Made by a program: the position numbers and the translations under genes. From Balanoglossus misakiensis (lineage: Eukaryota; Animalia; Hemichordata), in the NCBI GenBank assembly GCA_040954595.2, contig JBECUI020000033.1, positions 124,001 to 188,000 on the forward strand: DNA of 64,000 nucleotides, written 5' to 3'. Numbering within the stretch: position 1 is the stretch's first letter; each line of letters opens with the position of its first letter. The notes beneath the pieces are model-generated. The model saw nothing but the letters and a program-made list of their open reading frames with translations. It searched no databases and had not been told where the DNA came from. Shown in pieces: positions 1 through 10,878 of this stretch.

Positions 1-674
1 TGGTTAGTAGATTCTTCTGTTTGAGTTTCGTATTGGGACCGGTTTTATGTTGGTTAGTAGATTCTTCTGTTTGAGTTTCGTATTGAGACCGGTTTTCTGT
101 TGGTTAGTAGATTCTTCTGTTTGAGTTCCGTATTGAGACCGGTTTTCTGTTGGTTAGTAGATTCTTCTGTTTGAGTTCCGTATTGGGCCGGTTTTCTGTT
201 GGTCAGTAGATTCTTCTGTTTGAGTTTCGTATTGAGACCGGTTTTATGTTGGTTAGTAGATTCTTCTGTTTGAGTTTCGTATTGAGACCGGTTTTCTGTT
301 GGTCAGTAGATTCTTCTGTTTGAGTTCCGTATTGGGACCGGTTTTCTGTTGGTTAGTAGATTCTTCTGTTTGAGTTCCGTATTGGGCCGGTTTTATATTG
401 GTCAGTAGATTCTTCTGTTTAAGTTCCGTATTGAGACCGGTTTTCTGTTGGTTAGTAGATTCTTCTGTTTGAGTTTCGTATTGGGCCGGTTTTCTGTTGG
501 TTAGTAGATTCTTCTGTTTGAGTTTCGTATTGGGCCGGTTTTCTGTTGGTTAGTAGATTCTTCTGTTTGAGTTCCGTATTGAGACCGGTTTTCTGTTGGT
601 TAGTAGATTCTTCTGTTTGAGTTCCGTATTGAGACCGGTTTTCTGTTGGTCGGTAGATTCTTCTGTTTGAGTTT
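1..674. repeat. Tandem array A1, 49-50 bp unit, 14 core copies, truncated by the window start
   Basis: Unit TGGTTAGTAGATTCTTCTGTTTGAGTT(T/C)CGTATTG(A/G)G(A/-)CCGGTTTT(C/A)TGT repeats head-to-tail. Cores at about 9, 59, 109, 159, 208, 258, 308, 358, 407, 457, 506, 555, 605, 655. No unique spacers. Confidence 0.98.
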
Positions 675-691
675 TTTAGCAGGCCTGAATT

Positions 692-1870
692 TGATGTGTC
701 AAAAATCTTGTATACCTTCAGAATACCAATGTTGAAAGAGCCCAACTTACTTTTTGCTGTATCACTTTGAGTAAGTCAATATCCAGATACTCTTCTGTAC
801 ATCATGTTGTTCCCATGATGTCCCTGAGCTTGGCAGTTGGTAGCAAGACAGCAGAATTTCGTTTGGGGAAATCTTTCAACAATCCTGGTTCTGCTGTTTG
901 ATTTCTTTCAAGGGATGATTGCTCCTGATCAGAAGCCAATGTTCCGGAAAAAAATTCCTATACTCAAGAGTTTCGTGGATGTAGTTTTTCACCATGTCAG
1001 CAGTCTTGGGAAGTTTCATATCGTGGAATTTTTTCACCCAGCTGATCCTTCTCAAAAGCAGCCTCTCTATCTTCTTGCGCATGTATTCCCTACAACATCC
1101 GATAATTCCACCGACTTCCCGTGGGGAACTACCGAGAAGACATTCCGGTAATAGTGTCCAACGCTATCGAATACATTGTGCTTTTAGGAGACACTCTTCG
1201 ATGGATTCGACAATCCTATGCATTGTCGGTTATGAAGAGCTGATTATCTTTGAGCCCTCGGTTTTTCAGGTGGCAAAAAATTGCTCCATCCAGCTTCATC
1301 TTCCTTTGTACCTTCAACAAGGACTAAAACACTGCGATATCCGCTTTTTAAAACGCCTATCGCTACTAGAACGCTTACATTCCGCATCTTTCCAGCCCAT
1401 GGGCTCTTAGGGACTGTCCCATCCAAATACAGTTTTCATTGATGGATTTACTCTCCAAGTATCGATTTTCTCCTAGATCTCCTGGTTCCTATTGTTCATT
1501 GTTCCATAGCACTTACCTTGGTTCCCCCAAGAGGCTCGGTAATATCTTCAACTCACCAAACACATCAGTATCCAGCTTCCGGGTGTGATGTCCGCCAGGA
1601 ATATCTTCTCGTGCATCTGTGGCCTATATTTTCCAACCTGGAGTCCGCTTCGAGCATGGCTATTCAAGGTTTCTTCTACGGTTTTCTTCAACCATTGGTC
1701 TTACCTTGAGCGGTAGGAGACCTTCATCGATCTGTATGAACTTTCCGCTTGGGGTCTTCTCTGGCTTCATTCTTCCTCTGAGTGAATAATATTGGGTTTG
1801 ATTCCATTTCAATATTGGAGAATAGTTTTTAATGTCATTTCAAAATGTACGCAGTTTCCTAGGCCTTATC
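692..1870 (-). mobile_element. Degenerate IS256-family insertion sequence (transposase pseudogene)
   Basis: Fragments MDGTVPKSPWAGKMRNVSVLVAIGV...GTKEDEAGWSNFL and KLPKTADMVKNYIHETL...FPEHW resemble Mutator/IS256 transposases. DNA is similar to the copy at 42584-43806. Left end GATGTGTCAAAAATCTTG resembles that copy's terminal repeat. Boundaries approximate. Confidence 0.8.
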
Positions 1871-1989
1871 ATTCTTCCAGAAGGACTTTGAAGTCGATCC
1901 TCTTGCCTTTTGGGAAAAGAAAAACACTGTGACGGATGTACTTGAAATATGTATAGGTAATCCTCTACCCGTAGTTTTTAAAGCTTTTC

Positions 1990-2510
1990 CCAGTGTTGCT
2001 CTTGGTCGCCCGAATATGCCCAGTATCCAGACATAAGAAGATAGTGCTTTCTTCCATGAGCGGTCTCGGATATCTTAGTCGTTCTCTATCAGAGAGTCCA
2101 GGTAGGGAAGGCAAACGGTCCTTAGATTATTCGACGGCGATTCCGAAACCCAGTCCAGTGCTTTGCCGAACTGTTTTAGCTGGGGAAGTGTGTCGCCTTT
2201 CGCTACGACTTCGCCCTAAGCTGTTCCGCCAAGTGGAAGAACTTTTCTATTTTTTTCAAGCTCGTCTCGCAATATTTTCCGTAGATGAGAAGATTTCCAG
2301 TAGAGACTCCGGTAAGATTGATCCGTTCGTGGTGAGAAGCTCCTCCAGTTCTTGTTTTTTGTTCCTTCACTTTGTCAGGTTCACGTCAAAGATTTCAATT
2401 CCGGTGTAAGCACAGCCCTGGACAAAGAGAAGAACCTTCTTTCAGTCCAGAAGAGTCGAGTAGTAGACTTCTTCTACCGACGTGACAGTCACCTGGTGAG
2501 TCAACTCATC
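1990..2510 (-). pseudogene. Possible IS66-type transposase relic
   Basis: Manual minus-strand translation gives QGCAYTGIEIFDV and KQFGKALDW, loosely like the IS66 GCWAHxRRKF and LGKAxxY motifs. Heavily disrupted. Confidence 0.25.
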
Positions 2511-3008
2511 ACTCCACCGTTTAACAATGATTCTTAATCCTTACCCGCCCTATTCGGGTAGAAAAAAACTTCATGCTAATAAAAAGTCCCCCCTTCCTCA
2601 TGATGGAAAACCTACATGCAGAAGGAATACCTCCAAAATTCTTGAAACTGTATAAGATCTCTTCTTTCCCTTAAAAGCTTAGCTCAGGATAAAGACGATC
2701 GAATTCAAAAGACTCTAAAAACGCGGAGAGTTCATGAAGATGTTAACTTCATATCGAATACAAAAAACGACCGAATTGGGTCTAATGTTTTTGTGAACAG
2801 GCCAAGCATACTTGTAAAATCACGAAACTATTTGTTGAAATTCATCATAATTCTCACGAGTAATTCCAAAAAATTATAATAATACAAAAGTTAGAATCCC
2901 ATTTTTCTACTAAACTATTATTTTTGTTTCTCTCTTGACTTACTCTTAAATATTAGATAAACAAGGTATAACGTTCACATTATAGTAAAAAGCATAAGGA
3001 TATTTATC

Positions 3009-4561
3009 ATGACAAAAAAACTGAAATCAATTATTGGATTGCCCAAGAGTGAATTTGATCTTTTTGTCGCCGTAATGAAACTGAACTTAAAATATCATTG
3101 AGTGAAGCACGATTGATTCCAATGACAAAACCGGGCGATGAAATGACTTTAACATCAATCTTTCTATCAACACTCAGACTTATAAGGGAATTCAAACAGG
3201 ATTTCCTATCGGGGGCTAATATCTCATCAAGAGGACAGTTATATGTTTATACCGAAGTTTCCTTTATAGAAACAAACGTTCAGGAAAAAGACCTTTACCG
3301 TATCGACGGATTAATTCTTGTTGTTATTGCCGGCATAATAAAAGATGCTGCTTTTTTAGAAATGAAGAATAAAAACAGGGAATTAGAAATAGAGCAAATT
3401 GAAGAATATATCAACATCGCAAAAATATACGGCGTACCGAAATTAATTACCGTATCAAATCAATTTGTTTCAGATCCAAGACAATGCCCCTTGAATATAA
3501 AAAAGAAGGGAAAAATAGATCTATATCATTTCTCATGGTCTTATATATTAACTATCGCTCATATCCTTTTACACGAAAATGATCATAATATTGAAGACGA
3601 CGACCAAATAGAAATAATGCGGGAAGTAGTTAATTATTTTGAAGATCCAAAATCCGGAATTTTCGGCTTTACCCAAATGAAACCCGGTTGGAAGAAGGTT
3701 GTTGAAAAAATAGAAAAGGGCATAAAGCTTAAAAAGGGGGAACCTGAAATAAATGAAGCCGTTGAAAGCTGGGTGCAGGAAGAAAGAGATATGGCCTTAA
3801 TTCTAAGCCGCCAAATCGGTTTGCTTGTTCGCTCTGGGGAGAAAAGGTATAACACTGATCTAAGACAAAGAATTGATAACGATATAAACTTATTAATCGA
3901 AAAAAAGCTGCTTAAGTCCGTCCTGAAAGTTGGAGGGGCCGCTTCGGATATTCATATAAGAATGAATTTCATGAAGAAGAACGTTACAATGTCGTTAGAT
4001 ATTGCAGCTCCTTTTTCCAAAGACATGAAGATTACAGGCCGACGTCAGATAAAATGGTTAAAAAACCAGATTGACCGCTGTAGTAAGAGGGATGAAAACG
4101 CTTATATAGCGATGAAAAAAAATCTTATAATTGAAATCATTATTAAAAATAAAAAACATAAGGAAACTGTACCTATAGATGAAATTCATTTGTTGTATGA
4201 ACATGTTAAGAACCAAGAAATTAAATATTTTAGAATCAATTACGTAAACAATCTAGGACGAAATTTTGCATCGATTCAAAAGGTAGTAAAAATACTAGAG
4301 GGCATGCTTCTCAAGTTCTACGGTACAATTGTTCAGAATATTAAGAAATGGGAACCACCAGCTCCCAAAATGAAAGAGTCCTTGTTGTCTCTTAGTGCTT
4401 CTAATCCGTTAAATCAAAAGAAAACAAATAAATCGATGGAAGATGTTGTTGAAAATCCTAAAGAGGATTTAACTCCTTCGTCTAACAATAGGCCTCAGTT
4501 ATCAATAGCCGAGCCTTCTTCGATTCTTCCAGAGGTTTCTTTGAAAGATGATGAGAAATAG
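3009..4561 (+). CDS. Uncharacterised PD-(D/E)xK nuclease-fold protein (5' end frameshifted)
   Basis: 487-aa ORF 3098-4561 with TEVSF...RIDG...FLEMK...QIEEY...LITVSN, i.e. D...ExK plus QxxxY. An ATG at 3009 after AAGGA opens a short frame that stops at about 3100, suggesting one frameshift. AT-rich relative to core genes. Confidence 0.65.
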
Positions 4562-4796
4562 CGACTTTCTTCTTAGGAGAATCTATGACTTGGAAGAAAA
4601 TTATCTATTGGGATTCTGCTTAATGCTCGACATCTAATCAACCTGTAAATCCTATAGAATTTTAAATTATCTTCAAAGTGGAAAGAATTTTCATCGTTAA
4701 ATATATCCAACAAGGTGTTTCCTGATCTGTTCAGACACAAGAAACCTGCGCAAAATCAGGTGATTTGTTTCATACGCAGCAAGATGAGCTGAATTG

Positions 4797-6010
4797 ATAA
4801 CGTCTAATAACTTGCGCAATTCCATTTACAAACTAAAAAAAGACTTCAAGCTGACGATTGATTATTAATTACAACAATCACCTCAGAGGAGAACCATATG
4901 AATGATAACATTATCAAACTAAATGAGGGTAAAGTCAAAGATTCTTTAGGTAATTTTCTAAGAAAACTGTAGAAGAAACATTGAATGCTACGTTATTGGC
5001 TGAAACTAAACAATTATGTAAAGCTCAAAAACATGAAGGTAATGCAGAACGACAAGAATATCGTTCTGGTCCTTACGATACTACCTTTCTGAGAAAATAC
5101 GGTGAAGTAAAACTACATGCTTCTAAACTAAAAAAGTTACTTTTGAAACCGCCATCATTGAACGATACAGGCGTAGAGAAATCTCGGTTGAAGAAGCCAT
5201 GGTGGAGAGGTATCAAGCTAGTGTTTCAGTCCGCAGAGTTGGCGATATAACTAAAGCCCTAAGGGAATAGAAGTCCTCCAAGGAACCATGAGTAATTTCA
5301 ATAAGAAAATATATGAAGAGATTGGAAAATGGAGAAAATTTTTATTGGATAAACACTATTGCATCATTGGATAGCATAAGAATGCAGCGGTCATGGTGTG
5401 GTTAAGTTAAGAATATCTCTGTTTTGGTGGCCATTGGAGTCAATCAGGACGGGTTTAAGGAGATACTCGAGGTTGCTGGAACCAAGGAAGATAAGGACAG
5501 CTGGCAACTATTTGGAAGGTATTTAAGGGAGCAAGGACTTTCAGAAGTCGATCTCTTTATTGCTGATAAGTTTTTATGGTTGGTAAAATCTATTCCTGAT
5601 TTCTTCCACAATGCAAAAGGGTAGAGATGTATCGTTCACTTCTGCAGGAATGTCTTCAGCATGGTCCCCCATGGAAGCATCAAACATGGTCAAAACTGGA
5701 TCGATGGAAACCTTCTTTTATTATCGTTGTCCTTAAGAACAATTGGAGAAGAATCAGAACAAGTAGTGGATTGGAAAGGATAATGAAAGAGATTAGAAGG
5801 AGGATAAGGGTAATCGTAATCATTTCCTGCATCGAGCAGCAACATTGATGTTTGTTGCTGCTCGATGCAGGCATATTGCTGGATCTTGCTGAAGTTAAAT
5901 GAAAGTAACTGAATATGGATTTACTCATAGGTTATCATAGGGAAGAAAACGTAACATCAACTGATATCTTCAAATTGAGGAAAGTGAAATTTCCGAATAA
6001 GACTAATGAA
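4797..6010 (+). mobile_element. Degenerate IS256-family insertion sequence
   Basis: Fragments VEETLNATLLAETKQLCKAQKHE...YRSG, VAIGVNQDGFKEILEVAGTKEDKDSW, WRRIRTSSGLERIMKEIRRR. Many stops and frameshifts. Left end GATAACGTCTAATAACTTGCGC is IR-like. Right end approximate. Confidence 0.85.
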
Positions 6011-6609
6011 TGCCTCCCTTAGGTTTTATTCAGCACACTCTAACGCTTGCGCTTGCCTGTAGCGAGTAAAGAGGATAAATTTCGATGCCCCGTTCACAAG
6101 AGCGCTCAATTTACTGGAAAGAGGGAACTCCAGAACCCTCTACCTTCCTTTATAGTTAATAGTCTGAGAGTGTATCTACGATTTAGAGATTTGGTTCAAG
6201 CTCAAGGTATGAAGGGTTCTAAAAACACAGCGTAGTGGCCTTACGTGAGTCTTGTGAGTTCCTGAATAACGCAGAGATTGAGCCAAGGGATGTTCTAAGC
6301 CAGTTTAATGAAGACAGATTGAAGGTTCTATGAAAATTCTTATGTTATCTTCTGTGTTTGAAAAAGGTGTCCTTATCTGGGAGAACTGTCCGAATTATAG
6401 AGCGAGTCAGTTTGTTTTTTCGTCTTACAAGGTGATAAATTCGCAAAAATTTTCATTATGAATGATAACCTGAGACAGTTGAAAATCCTCTCCAACAGTT
6501 TGAAAAAGGATAAATTCCGATGAATTGGTCTAAAAATCGGTGGAATTAAACATGCCACCGAGCATCTTTGGTACGCTGTGAATTGCATCATATCCAACAA
6601 AGGGGGCAC

Positions 6610-7246
6610 ATTGAGACCGGTTTTCTGTTGGTTAGTAGATTCTTCTGTTTGAGTTCCGTATTGGACCGGTTTTATGTTGGTTAGTAGATTCTTCTGTTTG
6701 AGTTTCGTATTGGGCCGGTTTTATGTTGGTTAGTAGATTCTTCTGTTTGAGTTTCGTATTGGGCCGGTTTTCTGTTGGTTAGTAGATTCTTCTGTTTGAG
6801 TTTCGTATTGAGACCGGTTTTCTGTTGGTTAGTAGATTCTTCTGTTTGAGTTCCGTATTGAGACCGGTTTTCTGTTGGTTAGTAGATTCTTCTGTTTGAG
6901 TTCCGTATTGAGACCGGTTTTCTGTTGGTTAGTAGATTCTTCTGTTTGAGTTCCGTATTGGGCCGGTTTTCTGTTGGTTAGTAGATTCTTCTGTTTGAGT
7001 TCCGTATTGAGACCGGTTTTCTGTTGGTTAGTAGATTCTTCTGTTTGAGTTCCGTATTGAGACCGGTTTTCTGTTGGTTAGTAGATTCTTCTGTTTGAGT
7101 TCCGTATTGGGCCGGTTTTCTGTTGGTTAGTAGATTCTTCTGTTTGAGTTTCGTATTGAGACCGGTTTTATGTTGGTTAGTAGATTCTTCTGTTTAAGTT
7201 CCGTATTGGGCCGGTTTTATGTTGGTTAGTAGATTCTTCTGTTCAT
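6610..7246. repeat. Tandem array A2, same 49-50 bp unit as A1, 13 core copies
   Basis: Cores at about 6637, 6686, 6735, 6784, 6834, 6884, 6934, 6983, 7033, 7083, 7132, 7182, 7231. The last copy ends AGATTCTTCTGTTCAT, matching the dispersed 22-bp motif. Confidence 0.98.
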
Positions 7247-7323
7247 TCTCCTCTTCCCTGTTTCTCGAAAAGTAGCTATAATGAAAATATAAACCAAACA
7301 CTAAGAAATGGAAAAAAAAGAAA

Positions 7324-8076
7324 TTGGATAATCTTACTGATAGGGAAAAGAAAATTATAGAATTATTGGCCGATAACCCTTTAACCACACTTAATGAGAT
7401 TAGTCAGATTTTGAAGGTCTCAGTAGTGACTGTCCGTAGCGACTTTATCGGACTGGAAGAAAAAGGCTATCTAATCCGAACACGCGGTGGGGCCCTGTCT
7501 ACATTTCACCCTGAAATCCTGTCCCGTCAAAAAAGGCTTCCTGAAGTAAAACTTCGTATTGCTCGTGCCGCAGCGTCTCTTGTAGAGGATGGAGATGCGA
7601 TTATGATTGTTGCTGGCACCACCACGGCCTTGATTGCCCGCTACCTTCTTGGCAGGCGTGATGTGAAGATAATTAGCAATTCTACCCTCATCCTTCCCTA
7701 TGTCAGGACCAACCCTAGTCTTCGGCTGACCTTTGTGGGAGGGAATTTCCAACCAGTTTCGGAATCCATGGGAGGTCCTGCAGCCATTGAACAATTGGAG
7801 CAGTTCTATGCGAAGACAGCCTTTATCGGGACCGACGGTTTCTCAATAGAAAATGGGCTTACATCCCAGGCGGTAGAGGCGGTGGAGATAATACGGACAA
7901 TGAATCGTCGATCAGACCATACGATACTGGTGGCTGATTCGAGCAAATGGGGGAGGCCTGGTTTTGTCCGAATCCTATCGCTCAAAGCGGTAGGGACCCT
8001 GATTACCGATCAGGGACTACCCAACGAAGCCCAAAAAGAGTTGGAATCCCTAGGTTTGAAAGTTTTAATTGCCTGA
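7324..8076 (+). CDS. DeoR/GlpR family transcriptional regulator
   Basis: N-terminal HTH VSVVTVRSDFIGLEEKGYLIRTRGGA and C-terminal sugar-phosphate sensor domain (AGTTT, FIGTDG, LVADSSKW). Confidence 0.93.
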   Translation: MDNLTDREKKIIELLADNPLTTLNEISQILKVSVVTVRSDFIGLEEKGYLIRTRGGALSTFHPEILSRQKRLPEVKLRIARAAASLVEDGDAIMIVAGTTTALIARYLLGRRDVKIISNSTLILPYVRTNPSLRLTFVGGNFQPVSESMGGPAAIEQLEQFYAKTAFIGTDGFSIENGLTSQAVEAVEIIRTMNRRSDHTILVADSSKWGRPGFVRILSLKAVGTLITDQGLPNEAQKELESLGLKVLIA

Positions 8077-8092
8077 GTTTGAGGAGATTGTT

Positions 8093-9501
8093 ATGGCAAC
8101 GAAGATTCTGATGCCCCGGAAGGGGAATACGGTGGAATCTTGTGTGATTCTGGAGTGGAAAAAAAAGTAGGAGATAAGGTTCTCCCCGGGGATGTGCTTT
8201 GCGAGGCGGAGACCGATAAGACAGTTATTGAGGTGGAATCCGATGTAGAAGGGACCTTACTAGCACAATTATGGAGTGAAGGAGATGAGGTTCCTGTCCT
8301 AAGCGCCATTGCCTTGGTGGGAGAGGCTGGAGAATATATAGCTTCCCCAACCGGGACAGCAAAAGGAAATTTGGAAGTAAGCAATTCGGGGGGGGATAAT
8401 GTTTCTGCTGAGAACGAAGATCTTCCTACCGATTCACACATCTCCCCGGGGCGGCGGGAATTTGTCAGAGGAGTTGTCCCTCCGATGAAATCCGGGGAAG
8501 CTCTTTTTGAAACAAACAACTCTGGAATTTCACCCCGGGCCAGAAGTTTTGCTGCCCGAGAGGGCTTGAACGAACTTCCTGCTAAGGGAAGTGGTCCTGG
8601 GGGTCGGGTCATTGAGCGGGATATGCAGGAAATTCTGGTCGGAAGGGCGCCTGTGAGCCCGGCGGCTAAGGCCCTTGGTGGCAACTTCCCCTCCCGGGGA
8701 TCGGGCCTTGGAGGACGTATACTTCTTGCGGATCGTTTAACTGCCGAAGGCTCAGAAGATTCTGCTGCTCCCTCTGGACCGGATAGAAGGGAAAATTTCC
8801 CCGGACCTGTGGAAGTGCTTCCGATCAAAGGAATACGCAAACTCATCGCCTCGCGAATGCGGGCCTCTCTGGCCGAGACGGCCCAGCTGACTTTGCATAC
8901 CAGCGCTCCTGCAAAGGAACTGCTCGCCTGGCGAGCTGCATTCAAGACTTCTGCCGAAGCTCTGGCCTTGGGAGAGGTATCGCTCAACGATATTTTAATG
9001 TGGGTCACTGCCCGTATCTTGCCGAGGTACAGAGATCTCAATGCTACCTTTCACGGCACTGAACTGCGCCGCTACCACCACGTGCACTTAGGTTTTGCTG
9101 TAGATACTCCCAAAGGTCTGATGGTCCCGGTAATACCCTATGCTGATCTTTTGGGACTGGGAGCCTTGTCCAGAGAGGCCCGTCATCTGGCGTCGGCCTG
9201 TCGGGAAGGGAAAGCAGCACCGGAGAATTTAGAAGGAGCAAGTTTCACCCTCAGCAATTTGGGCTCTTATGGTATTGAGAGTTTTACTCCTGTACTCAAT
9301 CTTCCCCAGGTGGCCATCCTTGGTGTGGGAAGCATCCGCAACTGCCCCGTAGAAACTCCCACAGGTGTTGGCATCGAGAAACGTTTAGGACTTTCTCTGA
9401 CCATCGATCATCAGGCCATAGACGGCGCTCCTGGAGCTCAATTCCTACAAGAAATGAATTCTGTTTTGGCCCAACCTGCTCTGGCCGCGGCTATGGTTTA
9501 A
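8093..9501 (+). CDS. 2-oxoacid dehydrogenase E2 (dihydrolipoamide acyltransferase), frameshift at A8 run 8159-8166
   Basis: GAGGAG-ATG at 8093 gives MATKILMPRKGNTVESCVILEWKK, which joins ORF 8140-9501 if one A is added. Lipoyl motif ETDKT, E3-binding GSGPGGR, catalytic DHQAIDG. Confidence 0.9.
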
Positions 9502-9510
9502 GGAGGAACG

Positions 9511-10878
9511 GTGGAAACTGTTGATCTGATTGTTATTGGTGGCGGTCCTGGGGGCTACACAGCAGCGGAGAGGGCTTCCCGGGAGGGATTGAATGTCCTT
9601 CTTGTGGAAAAAGAGAATCTAGGGGGAGTTTGCCTGAACCAGGGCTGCATTCCCACCAAGAGTTTGTTGACATCGGCTAAGCATTATAAAATCGTCCAGA
9701 ACTCCCAACATTTGGGAATCAGGACCGATCATATTGTCTTTGACTGGGATCAGGCCCAGGCATGGAAGGAAAAAGTCATACTCACCTTGCGCCGAGGGCT
9801 GACACGAAAACTCAAGCGGGCAGGGGTTGAGGTGATTCAAGGAGAAGCCCGCTTGCATCCGAACCGAGAGGTTAGCGTGGGGGGAACTCGTTACAAGGGA
9901 CATCATTTGATCATTGCTACGGGATCCCACCCGGCCATCCCCCCCATTCCTGGGGCTGAGTTGGCTATGACCAGTCGGGAAATCCTGTCATTGAAAAAAC
10001 TTCCAGAACATTTGCTTATTGTTGGGGGGGGTGTTACGGGGATAGAATTTGCCTCTTTATTTTCTACCCTAGGCTCCCAGGTGACGGTGTTGGAATTGCT
10101 GCCGGAGATCCTGCCTTCCCTGGACAGCGCCGCTGCCGCTTTAATACGAGAATGTCATCCCAATGTGAATTTCCATATGGCTACGCGGGTGAAGGCCATT
10201 GAGGGAAATACTCTGTTGTTTCTGGATCCCTCAGGTTCTGGAGAAGAACAACGATTGGAGGGGGACGCTGTCCTTCTTGCCGCTGGACGCTTGCCCAATG
10301 TGAGCGGTCTGAATCTGGAAGAGCTGGGGCTGGATTTCTCTTCCAAAGGAATAGTTGTAAACGAGCACATGCGGACCAATCTACCGGGAACATACGCCAT
10401 CGGAGATGTCACAGGAGTCGGTTTTCTGGCTCACACAGCCTACCGTATGGGAGAAGTGGCCGTAAACGACATTGTCGGCCATCCCGACAGGATGCGCTGG
10501 GGTGCCATCCCTTCAGTGGTCTACAGCCTGCCGGAGGCTGCCTGGGTTGGGCTTAGCGAGGAAGAGGCTCAAAAGTCAGGACGTGAAGTTCTGACCTTTA
10601 GCCTGCCTATGCAGGCAAGTGGGCGCTACCTGGCAGAGTATGGAGAGGAACCTGGATTCTGTAAGGTCGTGGTGGATCCTGTCTCCCAGGTTCTCCTAGG
10701 AGTCACCCTGGTGGGAGGGACGGCTTCAGAGCTAATCTACGGCGCCGCGACCTTTATGGAAACAGAGCTGCGTGTTGCCGATATTCGGGAAATCATCTTT
10801 CCCCATCCCACCGTATCGGAAGTCCTTCGGGACGTTTTCTTTGAAATTCCTATCACTACAGAGGGAAACCATGTCTAA
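9511..10878 (+). CDS. lpdA: Dihydrolipoamide dehydrogenase (E3)
   Basis: GGGPGG FAD motif, redox [11 protein letters not shown]-terminal HPTVSE. Confidence 0.95.
   Translation: METVDLIVIGGGPGGYTAAERASREGLNVLLVEKENLGGVCLNQGCIPTKSLLTSAKHYKIVQNSQHLGIRTDHIVFDWDQAQAWKEKVILTLRRGLTRKLKRAGVEVIQGEARLHPNREVSVGGTRYKGHHLIIATGSHPAIPPIPGAELAMTSREILSLKKLPEHLLIVGGGVTGIEFASLFSTLGSQVTVLELLPEILPSLDSAAAALIRECHPNVNFHMATRVKAIEGNTLLFLDPSGSGEEQRLEGDAVLLAAGRLPNVSGLNLEELGLDFSSKGIVVNEHMRTNLPGTYAIGDVTGVGFLAHTAYRMGEVAVNDIVGHPDRMRWGAIPSVVYSLPEAAWVGLSEEEAQKSGREVLTFSLPMQASGRYLAEYGEEPGFCKVVVDPVSQVLLGVTLVGGTASELIYGAATFMETELRVADIREIIFPHPTVSEVLRDVFFEIPITTEGNHV

Noticed and set aside
452-745. ORFs 452-745 and 7194-7388 encoding repeat peptides, or an endless-ORF model for the arrays
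   Set aside because: Units of 49-50 bp are not multiples of 3 and most contain TAA on the minus strand, so frames close within a few units. There is no RBS and no reverse transcriptase gene nearby.
1-7246. CRISPR interpretation of arrays A1/A2
   Set aside because: Units are near-identical end to end with no unique spacers, and there are no cas genes in the window.
8091-9041. 316-aa antisense ORF and the many other shadow ORFs inside well-identified genes
   Set aside because: They lie opposite or overlap confident genes and show no protein motifs.
10772-10870. Extended N-termini given by the ORF track for E1, moaC, pepT, the ABC permease/ATPase and comM
   Set aside because: They overlap upstream genes or lack an RBS. 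Downstream starts match the family N-termini better.
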